Origin: Pseudomonas phage Littlefix
Direction: 5' to 3' (one strand)
Sequence record: MG775260.1
Length of the DNA stretch: 24,000 nucleotides
The position numbers and the translations under genes are program-made. Every line of letters starts with the position of its first letter. The stretch's first letter is position 1. Shown piece after piece: positions 7,086 through 14,005 of the stretch. The notes below the pieces were generated by a model that was not told where the DNA came from, did not search any database, and saw only the letters and a list, made by a program, of their open reading frames with translations.

Positions 7086-7391
7086 ATGGCCGTAGCAAAG
7101 AAAGGCGCCACTCGTACCACTTCGACTCAAGCCGCTCAGGGCAACCAGTGGGAAAAAGCTTCTGCGTTCCTCAACATCTCGCTGCCGACTGCCGGTGGCG
7201 ACAACGTGCGTGTTGACTCGATCAAACTGAAAGAGTCCAACGTCGTGCACGCACAGATCATCAGCAAGTTGTCCGACCCAGCGTTGTCTGCTGAAGAACG
7301 CGCTGAAAAGCTGAAAGCTCTCACCGGCCTGCTGATCATCGACTTCCAGGTCGTCCGCAGCGACGAAGAAAAAGAGCTGGTCGATTTCTGA
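7086..7391 (+). CDS. Hypothetical protein, 101 aa, probably well expressed
   Basis: Strong Shine-Dalgarno GTAAGGAG, C-ending codon preference, own upstream hairpin and downstream terminator. Confidence 0.85.
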   Translation: MAVAKKGATRTTSTQAAQGNQWEKASAFLNISLPTAGGDNVRVDSIKLKESNVVHAQIISKLSDPALSAEERAEKLKALTGLLIIDFQVVRSDEEKELVDF

Positions 7392-7397
7392 TTCCCC

Positions 7398-7433
7398 ATG
7401 GTCACTACCTTCGGGTGGTGGCCATCCTTTTTT
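7398..7433 (+). terminator. Strong intrinsic terminator ATGGTCACTACC-TTCG-GGTGGTGGCCAT-CCTTTTTT
   Basis: 12-bp stem with GU pairs, TTCG tetraloop and T-tract just after the 7391 stop. Confidence 0.9.
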
Positions 7434-7445
7434 CAAGGGCACACC

Positions 7446-7922
7446 ATGAAAAAGAAGTTCCTCGGCCTCAGTGATGATGGCTTCCGGGTGTACACCATGT
7501 GGACGCCGGGTGAGAAAGGTGACTGCGGCATCGTTATGACGATTGGTTATCGAGACGATGAGTTCATGGTCTATGAATCTGAGCCTTGGGCAAACCAACA
7601 AGAACAAGAGATAGAGCGTATTGCTCTGTCCGCTGCTGATGAAATGCGCAATCTTCAAACCATGATGATGAGTAGCGTCACATTTGGTTATGGAGCACGT
7701 GGTTTCGGTAAAAGAAGTATTGGTCAGCTAGATCAGATTACAAAGGGTAGCTTTGCTGATCTTGAAGCCAGGGCTAAGCGTTCACATAGCAAATCGCTCA
7801 TGTTTATTGATGAGTATAAAGCAAGGAACCCCAAAATTACGGTTACTCCTGATCAACAGGGGCAACCAAAGCGTAAACCTCAACCTAATCGTGGCCCAAG
7901 AGGCCGTAAGGACTGGAAATGA
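7446..7922 (+). CDS. Hypothetical protein, 158 aa, basic disordered C-terminus
   Basis: ATG 7446 with AAGGG upstream. Confidence 0.8.
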   Translation: MKKKFLGLSDDGFRVYTMWTPGEKGDCGIVMTIGYRDDEFMVYESEPWANQQEQEIERIALSAADEMRNLQTMMMSSVTFGYGARGFGKRSIGQLDQITKGSFADLEARAKRSHSKSLMFIDEYKARNPKITVTPDQQGQPKRKPQPNRGPRGRKDWK

Positions 7923-8212
7923 ACATTACTCCTAATGAAATGCTGGGTTTGCTGATTGTTGTTGTGGTTCTCTTGATGCTTCTGCTGCTTGGTGCAGCAA
8001 AGCGTCGTAAGCACACAAAGATCTATCCAATGTGTGTCGTATTCTGGTGTGCACACAGTAATGAGCAATTCATTACACCTGTGCGCAATCTTGGTGCAGC
8101 TCAGACACTGATTAACAAAATTAATCTGTTGTCTGTAGTAGAGCCACATATTGATGTGGCAGGCACTGCAACCCATCGCCTTGAGCGTGGTATCTGGAAG
8201 ATGATCGAATGA
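7919..8212 (+). CDS. Membrane-anchored hypothetical protein, 97 aa
   Basis: MLGLLIVVVVLLMLLLLGAAKRRKH N-terminal TM; 4-nt overlaps. Confidence 0.75.
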   Translation: MNITPNEMLGLLIVVVVLLMLLLLGAAKRRKHTKIYPMCVVFWCAHSNEQFITPVRNLGAAQTLINKINLLSVVEPHIDVAGTATHRLERGIWKMIE

Positions 8213-8466
8213 GATACCAACTGTTCTTTAAGTGTGGCGATGAAATAGAGGTTCTCCAGTCGGATAACCTCGACGACTCAGAAACACAGAAGAATGCTGG
8301 TCTTAAGTGGTTTTCAGGTGGTGATAAAGAGCTTTATATCCATGACAGTCGTTTCGACTTCTGGCAACAAGCTCGTGTAAATCACCAAGACAAGATCAGT
8401 ACACTCGGTGTAGTACGTACTGAATACATTCCTCCATTGGTGCGTATGCGCCACCTCATTGGGTGA
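8209..8466 (+). CDS. LIG-tail family protein, 85 aa (...YIPPLVRMRHLIG)
   Basis: ORF, 4-nt overlap upstream, C-terminal motif. Confidence 0.8.
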   Translation: MRYQLFFKCGDEIEVLQSDNLDDSETQKNAGLKWFSGGDKELYIHDSRFDFWQQARVNHQDKISTLGVVRTEYIPPLVRMRHLIG

Positions 8467-8470
8467 AACC

Positions 8471-8752
8471 ATGGCCGTAGTATTCGTAGTAAAGAATGAT
8501 GCTGTCGTGCATCGTGAAGAGATAGATCTTGCTAATCGCAAGAAGCTTCTCGGAGCTTTATACCGTAAATACGGTACTAACAGGCTGTTTATACGTGGTG
8601 TAAACAGCTCAGGAGATAGAACTAAGTGGGCTCGTGTCGAGTTTGTATGGAACTCAGGCTGCACTGAGATCAAACATGCCCACATGTACTTCTTACCTGT
8701 TAAGGAGTTACCACCAGTGCTTCAGATGATGCAGCTGGTAGGTGCAGCATGA
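8471..8752 (+). CDS. LIG-tail family protein, 93 aa (...ELPPVLQMMQLVGAA)
   Basis: ATG 8471 preceded by GGGTG; C-terminal motif. Confidence 0.8.
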   Translation: MAVVFVVKNDAVVHREEIDLANRKKLLGALYRKYGTNRLFIRGVNSSGDRTKWARVEFVWNSGCTEIKHAHMYFLPVKELPPVLQMMQLVGAA

Positions 8753-9009
8753 TGGAAATAAATCCGGTTACGAAGAAGTTTGGCTTCAAACTTGGGTACT
8801 ACTCATTCATCAACGGTGAATGGAAGTACCTGTCTGCGTATGTGAGTTCTGTGGAAGTTCACATGGCTTACAAAGCCAACAATGGCGTCTGGTGGTACAC
8901 CAGTGCTATGAGCAAACCATGGCGTGAAATGATCGTACCCGGTCGTTGGCGCCCACTGGATGGAGAACCTAAACCGTTGCAGATGCTGCGACTTGTAGGT
9001 GCATTGTGA
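8749..9009 (+). CDS. LIG-tail family protein, 86 aa (...EPKPLQMLRLVGAL)
   Basis: 4-nt overlap; C-terminal motif. Confidence 0.8.
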   Translation: MMEINPVTKKFGFKLGYYSFINGEWKYLSAYVSSVEVHMAYKANNGVWWYTSAMSKPWREMIVPGRWRPLDGEPKPLQMLRLVGAL

Positions 9010-9263
9010 GTACTGAAGAATGTACTGACTATTATCTGGATGAAAATGAAATTCCAATAAGCAAGTACAGTCATGCGTACTCTGAAGACACTTCATTAAA
9101 AGATGGTGCTTGGTGTGAAAATACCACTAGAACTATCTATTCCGTGGATAACAAGAATAAAACATGGATAAAGGTGTTCTATGAGCAGAAACAATTTGTT
9201 GTTAAACGAGTAGAAGAACCTCCAAAGACACTTCAAATGGCTTTATTAATAGGTGCTATATGA
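9006..9263 (+). CDS. LIG-tail family protein, 85 aa (...EEPPKTLQMALLIGAI)
   Basis: GTG start in a GTGA overlap; C-terminal motif. Confidence 0.8.
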   Translation: MSTEECTDYYLDENEIPISKYSHAYSEDTSLKDGAWCENTTRTIYSVDNKNKTWIKVFYEQKQFVVKRVEEPPKTLQMALLIGAI

Positions 9264-9694
9264 AACTCATGGTTGGAAACATGATGGATGTGTTCCCGTT
9301 AGTGGACCACTTCATCGTATGTGTCGGTACGAATCTCAAGCGTACTACTGGTGAGTTGATCATGCCTGACGGCATGTATAAGCAGCTCGCGGACAAGCAT
9401 CCTGAACTACCCAAAACCATTGGTGCTTGGGTACGTGAGCAGGATCTTGATGGTGGCATCTTCGGTCTGAAGTGCACCAGTAAGGTGGGCCTGTTCCAGA
9501 ACACCATTGTGCTTGCTGACAGGCCAGCACTAGGGGTTATCTCCATGTCTGCCAAGATGCTAAAAGCCAAGGCTGAGATGCATCCTGACAAGACCTTTGC
9601 CCTTGAAGCACCGAATGCCAAGGAACCTTGGTTCTTGATTGAGGGCATAATGCAAACACTACCTGACAACGTTCAGGTATGGAGGCCGGAGTGA
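9260..9694 (+). CDS. Possible macro-like domain protein, 144 aa
   Basis: Layout VCVGTN...TTGELIMPDGMYKQLADKHPELPKTIGAWV...GIFGLKC...LEAPN...LPDNVQV loosely resembles phage macro-like/ADP-ribose-binding families. Confidence 0.4.
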   Translation: MKLMVGNMMDVFPLVDHFIVCVGTNLKRTTGELIMPDGMYKQLADKHPELPKTIGAWVREQDLDGGIFGLKCTSKVGLFQNTIVLADRPALGVISMSAKMLKAKAEMHPDKTFALEAPNAKEPWFLIEGIMQTLPDNVQVWRPE

Positions 9695-9993
9695 GTCTGT
9701 ACGTTGTAGAAAACAATGTCACACGGAAAGCCACAACCAATGGTTTTGGCTCTAGTGCAGTTATTCCATGCAAAGACTGGCGTAACTGTAAACCTAACCG
9801 TTTTATATACGCAGAAGCTAAAGGTCTCTGGTACATCATGAGTGCAGGTGGCTTCTGGAATGTTTTACCAAAGAAGCCAGATGTAATCTCTATGGCTGAA
9901 CTTGTTGGTGCCGTAGGCAAAGTTAGTCTTAAGGAAATCAAAGATGAAATATCGTCTGATTCGTTTTTCGAGAACCAACGAAGTCGTACTTGA
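9691..9993 (+). CDS. LIG-tail family variant, 100 aa, with motif MAELVGAVG followed by an extra tail
   Basis: GTG start in a GTGA overlap; overlaps the next gene by 50 nt. Confidence 0.7.
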   Translation: MSLYVVENNVTRKATTNGFGSSAVIPCKDWRNCKPNRFIYAEAKGLWYIMSAGGFWNVLPKKPDVISMAELVGAVGKVSLKEIKDEISSDSFFENQRSRT

Positions 9994-10204
9994 TGTTAAG
10001 TGCCAAGCTCCAAACCAGTTTGGTGATAACGAGTTGTTCGCTCAGACTACAGGAGGTACTGCTGTACTCTACGACTACTCAGTACAGCGTTGGTATGAAC
10101 TAAACCCAAGTGAGTCTAAACGATTCACAACTTGGTGGGAGTATCCCAAGGATAAGGAGCTTCCCGGTTACGTCAAGATGATCCAGTTGGTTGGACAAAT
10201 ATGA
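9944..10204 (+). CDS. LIG-tail family protein, 86 aa (...ELPGYVKMIQLVGQI)
   Basis: ATG preceded by AAGGAAATCAAAG; C-terminal motif. Confidence 0.75.
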   Translation: MKYRLIRFSRTNEVVLDVKCQAPNQFGDNELFAQTTGGTAVLYDYSVQRWYELNPSESKRFTTWWEYPKDKELPGYVKMIQLVGQI

Positions 10205-10461
10205 GGACAACCAACTTCTACTTCAATGCTGACGGTTCCCTAGATCATACAGATGACGCAGAAACTGCGATATTTAGATGTAGGGCATGGGTTAAATCTG
10301 ACAAAGATAGGAGTGTGCTTCAGTACAGACACGAATCTAAGATTCTGTACATCTACCGTAATGAAGAAACAAAGAATCCAAACATGATGATTTGGCGTCC
10401 GCCGACACCATCAGAAATACCCGATCACATCAAGATGATGAAACTGATAGGAGCAATCTAA
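10201..10461 (+). CDS. LIG-tail family protein, 86 aa (...EIPDHIKMMKLIGAI)
   Basis: 4-nt overlap; C-terminal motif. Confidence 0.8.
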   Translation: MRTTNFYFNADGSLDHTDDAETAIFRCRAWVKSDKDRSVLQYRHESKILYIYRNEETKNPNMMIWRPPTPSEIPDHIKMMKLIGAI

Positions 10462-11384
10462 TGCAACTAATGCGTACCTATGACATGCAGCTGGCGAATG
10501 AATATCGCTTCGCTCGTGCCCACATCGACAAGTATATGCGTGACTACGTTAGGAATGACGTTGAAGTGCAGCCTCTGCTTGCTGAGGGGCTTGAACTGCT
10601 GAGTGCGTACGTATGGGCTGAATACGATTACACCTCTAAGAACCTGCGTGTAGCTCAGCTACGCAACATGGATCTTGAAGAACTGGTGTTCGAAATTGTT
10701 GTAGCCAGTGCTTACTGTCAGTATGAAGAAATGCTTTCAAGCTTCTGTGCCAAGTTGGCCGGTACTCTGAAGTTCTCTGACAAGGTAGACAGCATTCAAA
10801 CCATCAGTGAGATGGTTGCTGTGCTGTGGGATACAGGTCTTTATGAGCTGATCAAGAATGACAAGTTCGATAGCTGGCATATTCAGTCAAACATCGAGCT
10901 GAGTCATGAACTTGAGCAGTACATTGTGAACTGTTCCTACCTCCCGCCTATGGTTCATAAGCCTGAACCACTCAACAGCAATCGTGACACTCCGTACCAT
11001 ACCATCGGTATGGATAGTGTCATTCTGAACAAAGGTCACCACGAGGGTGACGTATGTTTGGATGTTCTTGACCGCATGAACATGACTGCACTATCACTCA
11101 ATATTGAGTTCCTGTGCAGAGTTGAAGAAGAACCTAATGCCGATATGTCGTCGGCTGATAAGCAAGCCAACTGGCTTAGCATGAAGGCTCAGAGCCACGA
11201 GCATTACAAGCTCATGGTTTCACAGGGTAATCGCTTCTGGCTTGGCCACAAGTGTGACCGTCGTGGTCGTGGTTATGCTCAGGGTTATCACATCTCCACT
11301 CAAGGGAGCCCATACAAGAAAGCCATGATCGACTTCGCTGATAAGGAAGTTGCTACAGGCGTACCTCAGGAGTACATGCTTTGA
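10461..11384 (+). CDS. N-terminal portion/small subunit of a split single-subunit T7/N4-type RNA polymerase (N4 RNAPII small-subunit-like), 307 aa
   Basis: C-terminal FWLGHKCDRRGRGYAQGYHISTQGSPYKKAMIDFADKE aligns with T7 RNAP IWFPYNMDWRGRVYAVSMFNPQGNDMTKGLLTLAKGK (DxxGR motif); an upstream LPPMVHKPEPL segment resembles T7 LPMVVPPRPW. TAATG junction with previous gene. Confidence 0.7.
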   Translation: MQLMRTYDMQLANEYRFARAHIDKYMRDYVRNDVEVQPLLAEGLELLSAYVWAEYDYTSKNLRVAQLRNMDLEELVFEIVVASAYCQYEEMLSSFCAKLAGTLKFSDKVDSIQTISEMVAVLWDTGLYELIKNDKFDSWHIQSNIELSHELEQYIVNCSYLPPMVHKPEPLNSNRDTPYHTIGMDSVILNKGHHEGDVCLDVLDRMNMTALSLNIEFLCRVEEEPNADMSSADKQANWLSMKAQSHEHYKLMVSQGNRFWLGHKCDRRGRGYAQGYHISTQGSPYKKAMIDFADKEVATGVPQEYML

Positions 11385-11950
11385 ATATAAAACCAGTAGT
11401 TAGCATTAGCCTCAGTGCACCAAAAGTTATTGATCATGACTTCTTTGTGTTCACTAGTCAGGTGCGTTACAAAGAATCAAATCAGTATTGGCTTGTTAAA
11501 TGCATTTTCACCAGCTTCGAAGGTGCTAGGCGCCTAAAGGAATTCCATTCTATGTACAAAGCTAAAGCTTTGTACGAAGCCTATGAATGGCTGAAAGAGC
11601 AGAAAGGGCTGGACGATAAGATTCAACGTGAGTTGAAGAAAAAGAAAGACCATCGCAGTTCTAGTTACATGACCAAGATGCGTCTGCGTCAAACTGTTAT
11701 CAAAAGCACGATGGGCGACAAACGTTATCGTCTTACTTACAGAGATGTAAGTGATGAGAATGCTCTGTACTTTGGGTACGGTGATACACCACAAGAAGCC
11801 TATATGGCTTTGGTTGACGCAATGTCTGCCGTATACAACAAACCTCCACGTCGTCGTAATGAACATGGCGTTGTAATCGGCCTGACTCCTACCAATGACA
11901 CAACAAAATACCGCCAACACTGGTGGCAATTCTGGAGACCAAAACTGTGA
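11381..11950 (+). CDS. Hypothetical protein, 189 aa, between the RNAP halves
   Basis: TTG start in a TTGA overlap, AGGAG upstream; GTGA overlap downstream. Confidence 0.7.
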   Translation: MNIKPVVSISLSAPKVIDHDFFVFTSQVRYKESNQYWLVKCIFTSFEGARRLKEFHSMYKAKALYEAYEWLKEQKGLDDKIQRELKKKKDHRSSSYMTKMRLRQTVIKSTMGDKRYRLTYRDVSDENALYFGYGDTPQEAYMALVDAMSAVYNKPPRRRNEHGVVIGLTPTNDTTKYRQHWWQFWRPKL

Positions 11951-12321
11951 GTTCATCACAAGAGTTTCGCTTAATAGTTGCTGGTGGTCGTGACTTCACG
12001 GACGTTGATCGTATCGTCCAAGAAGTCTATGGCTTGATGGTCAATGAGTTGAAAGACTTTGAGATCGTCATTGTACAAGGCGAAGCCAGAGGTGCTGACA
12101 AGTCTGCAAAGATTGCAGCACAGCGTCTCAAGTTAAAATGTGAATCCTTCCCTGCTGAGTGGGACTTGCATGGCAAGGCTGCTGGTCCGATACGTAACAG
12201 AGCAATGGCAGAAGTTGCTGATGGTTTACTGGCTTTTTGGGACGGTGAATCCAAGGGCACTGCCAACATGATCCAAGTTATGCGTACGCATGGCAAAAAC
12301 GTACGTGTTCGTAGTTATTAA
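11947..12321 (+). CDS. YspA/DUF2493-like SLOG-family protein, 124 aa
   Basis: FRLIVAGGRDFTDVD...IVIVQGEARGADKSAKIAAQRLKL...FPAEWDLHGKAAGPIRNRAMAEVADGLLAFWDGESKGTANMI is the typical signature. Confidence 0.85.
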   Translation: MSSSQEFRLIVAGGRDFTDVDRIVQEVYGLMVNELKDFEIVIVQGEARGADKSAKIAAQRLKLKCESFPAEWDLHGKAAGPIRNRAMAEVADGLLAFWDGESKGTANMIQVMRTHGKNVRVRSY

Positions 12322-12335
12322 TTGAGAGAGTCCAT

Positions 12336-13586
12336 ATGAAAGCTTACTCCGCGTTCGAAATGATCTGCATTGATATCGCCAACCAAGGTTGGGACGATAA
12401 GAAGCTGTTTGAAGAACGCATTCAGTGGACTCTTGATAACTTCCGTCGTCTGACGGTTATCGATACTCCAAAGAAGGAGCGTCCTCTGTATGTTAAGGCC
12501 GTAATGGCCTTGTTCGACTGCTGCCGTGGCATTGCCATCGGTCACATGGTTGGCTTGGATGCAACCTGCTCAGGCATGTCCATCATGTCTGTGCTGACCA
12601 AGTGCTACAACGGTTGCTATGCAACCAACCTGATTGACCCCAACGTACGTAACGATGCCTACACCATGGTAACTGACCACGCGTCAGAGAACCTTGGTGG
12701 TGGTCTGATCGTAACCCGTCAGGATGCCAAAGATGCAACCATGAAAGGTCTGTATGGCTCTCAGGCTGAACCAAAGAAAATCTTCGGTGAAGATACACCT
12801 GAGCTGGCTGCGTTCTACGTTGGCTTGACCAAGACTGCACCGGGTGCTGTAGAGCTGCTGGGTGACCTGCGTCATGCATGGCAAGCAGGTGCATTGTTCC
12901 ACGCTTGGACCTTGCCTGACTGCTACCGTGCACACGTCAAGGTCATGGTTATGCAGGAAGCTCGTATTGAAGTAGACGAGCTGGATCACTCTACTTTCAC
13001 TCACATCTTCTATGTGAACGAAGGTACTCAGGGTGACCTGAAACTGATTGCAAACGTGACCCACAGCTTCGATGCATACCTGCTTCGCTGCTTGGTTCGC
13101 CGCTGCAACTACAACGAGGAGCGTATCACTAAGTCCGATGCAATCCTCGTTGCAGAAGCTCAGGCACGTCGTGCTGGCAAGTCGTACGAGCTGGTCATGG
13201 AAGAAGCTGAAACCATCGAAGATAACCTGATTGAACGTTGGTTCAGCTCAGGTGTTCCAGATGCTCGGCTGTTGGACTACCTGACCAAGGAAGGTGTTAA
13301 GTTCATGTCTGATCTGCACATTAAGCAGATGATCCGCATCGCTAACGAGATGCTCTCCTACCCGTCATTCCCAGTGGTAACAGTCCATGACGAATTCAAG
13401 TGTCACCCAAACAACAGCACGCAAATGCGTAAACACTACGTCTCGATCCTTGCAGATCTTGCTCGCGGTAGCGCATTGGAAGATGTGTATGAACAGATCA
13501 CCGGTGATGTTCCGACTTATGCCGGTGGTATGGATGGCGATGAACTCGCTGAACTGATCCTGGAGTCTAACTATGCAATTTCGTAA
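12336..13586 (+). CDS. C-terminal catalytic portion/large subunit of a split single-subunit RNA polymerase (N4 RNAPII large-subunit-like), 416 aa
   Basis: Motif A GLDATCSGMSIMS (D75; T7 AFDGSCSGIQHFS), motif B R128-x3-K132-x7-Y140-G141 (T7 R627/K631/Y639/G640), LIANVTHSFDAYLLR (T7 APNFVHSQDGSHLR), motif C VTVVHDEF (H351-D352; T7 ALIHDSF), terminal LILESNYAIS (T7 DILESDFAFA). Confidence 0.85.
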   Translation: MKAYSAFEMICIDIANQGWDDKKLFEERIQWTLDNFRRLTVIDTPKKERPLYVKAVMALFDCCRGIAIGHMVGLDATCSGMSIMSVLTKCYNGCYATNLIDPNVRNDAYTMVTDHASENLGGGLIVTRQDAKDATMKGLYGSQAEPKKIFGEDTPELAAFYVGLTKTAPGAVELLGDLRHAWQAGALFHAWTLPDCYRAHVKVMVMQEARIEVDELDHSTFTHIFYVNEGTQGDLKLIANVTHSFDAYLLRCLVRRCNYNEERITKSDAILVAEAQARRAGKSYELVMEEAETIEDNLIERWFSSGVPDARLLDYLTKEGVKFMSDLHIKQMIRIANEMLSYPSFPVVTVHDEFKCHPNNSTQMRKHYVSILADLARGSALEDVYEQITGDVPTYAGGMDGDELAELILESNYAIS

Positions 13587-13689
13587 CAAGCTTGCCTTAG
13601 CAATCTACTACGCCTACAACAAAAACATGTGGGAGCACGTACGAGTAGTACGTGAACCATCTTGGTTTGATGTAAGGCGAATTAGTTGA
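13573..13689 (+). CDS. Possible 38-aa basic peptide MQFRNKLALAIYYAYNKNMWEHVRVVREPSWFDVRRIS
   Basis: ATG 7 nt after GGAG inside the RNAP gene 3' end; no overlap with any other gene downstream. Confidence 0.45.
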   Translation: MQFRNKLALAIYYAYNKNMWEHVRVVREPSWFDVRRIS

Positions 13690-13694
13690 GCTAG

Positions 13695-13736
13695 CGTCAC
13701 TCCGTGACGATCCTTGATCCCTCCATTAGGAGGGGT
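13695..13736 (+). terminator. Two adjacent hairpins: CGTCAC-TCC-GTGACG and ATCCCTCC-ATTA-GGAGGGGT, then a distal T7 tract (13746-13752)
   Basis: Stems visible in the intergenic space after the RNAP operon; the T-tract is too far for a canonical terminator. Confidence 0.4.
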
Positions 13737-13767
13737 TGAGGATAATTTTTTTCTAGTAGAGGTAGTT

Positions 13768-13977
13768 ATGCCGCAAGCCTATGAAATGCTTAGCAACAGT
13801 AAGATTGAGCCGGAAGCAACCATCGGAAAGACAGTCTACAAGTGCGCTCGGCACGATTACGGCTGTGCCGGTGATGACACCCGTACCACTGGTGTGGAAC
13901 ACATCAGTTTGTCTTTGAAACCGGACGGTGATTATCCGTTCTTTACACACCGTGTTAGCGAACTAAAAAAGCTGTAA
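13768..13977 (+). CDS. Hypothetical protein, 69 aa
   Basis: ATG 13768 preceded by GAGGTAGTT. Confidence 0.7.
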   Translation: MPQAYEMLSNSKIEPEATIGKTVYKCARHDYGCAGDDTRTTGVEHISLSLKPDGDYPFFTHRVSELKKL

Positions 13978-14005
13978 CACAGACAGTCAGTCAGGAGAGT
14001 CCCAA

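Noticed and set aside
7065-7658. 197-aa minus-strand ORF
   Set aside because: Spans a strong plus-strand terminator and opposes two supported genes.
3239-10461. Toxin-antitoxin interpretation of paired small overlapping ORFs
   Set aside because: The small genes occur in long chains rather than pairs and no known toxin fold signature was recognised.
12336-13586. Interpretation as a family A DNA polymerase fragment because of VHDE in motif C
   Set aside because: Motif A (DATCSG), the Met at K+4 in motif B, the VTHSFDAYLLR segment and the C-terminal LILESNYAIS match the T7-type RNA polymerase pattern, not the DNA Pol I pattern.
10461-13586. Group I intron or intein interrupting the RNAP gene
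   Set aside because: The interval contains two well-formed overlapping genes with their own starts and stops. No intein splice-block motifs or intron-encoded nuclease is visible, and the catalytic half has its own ribosome-binding region.
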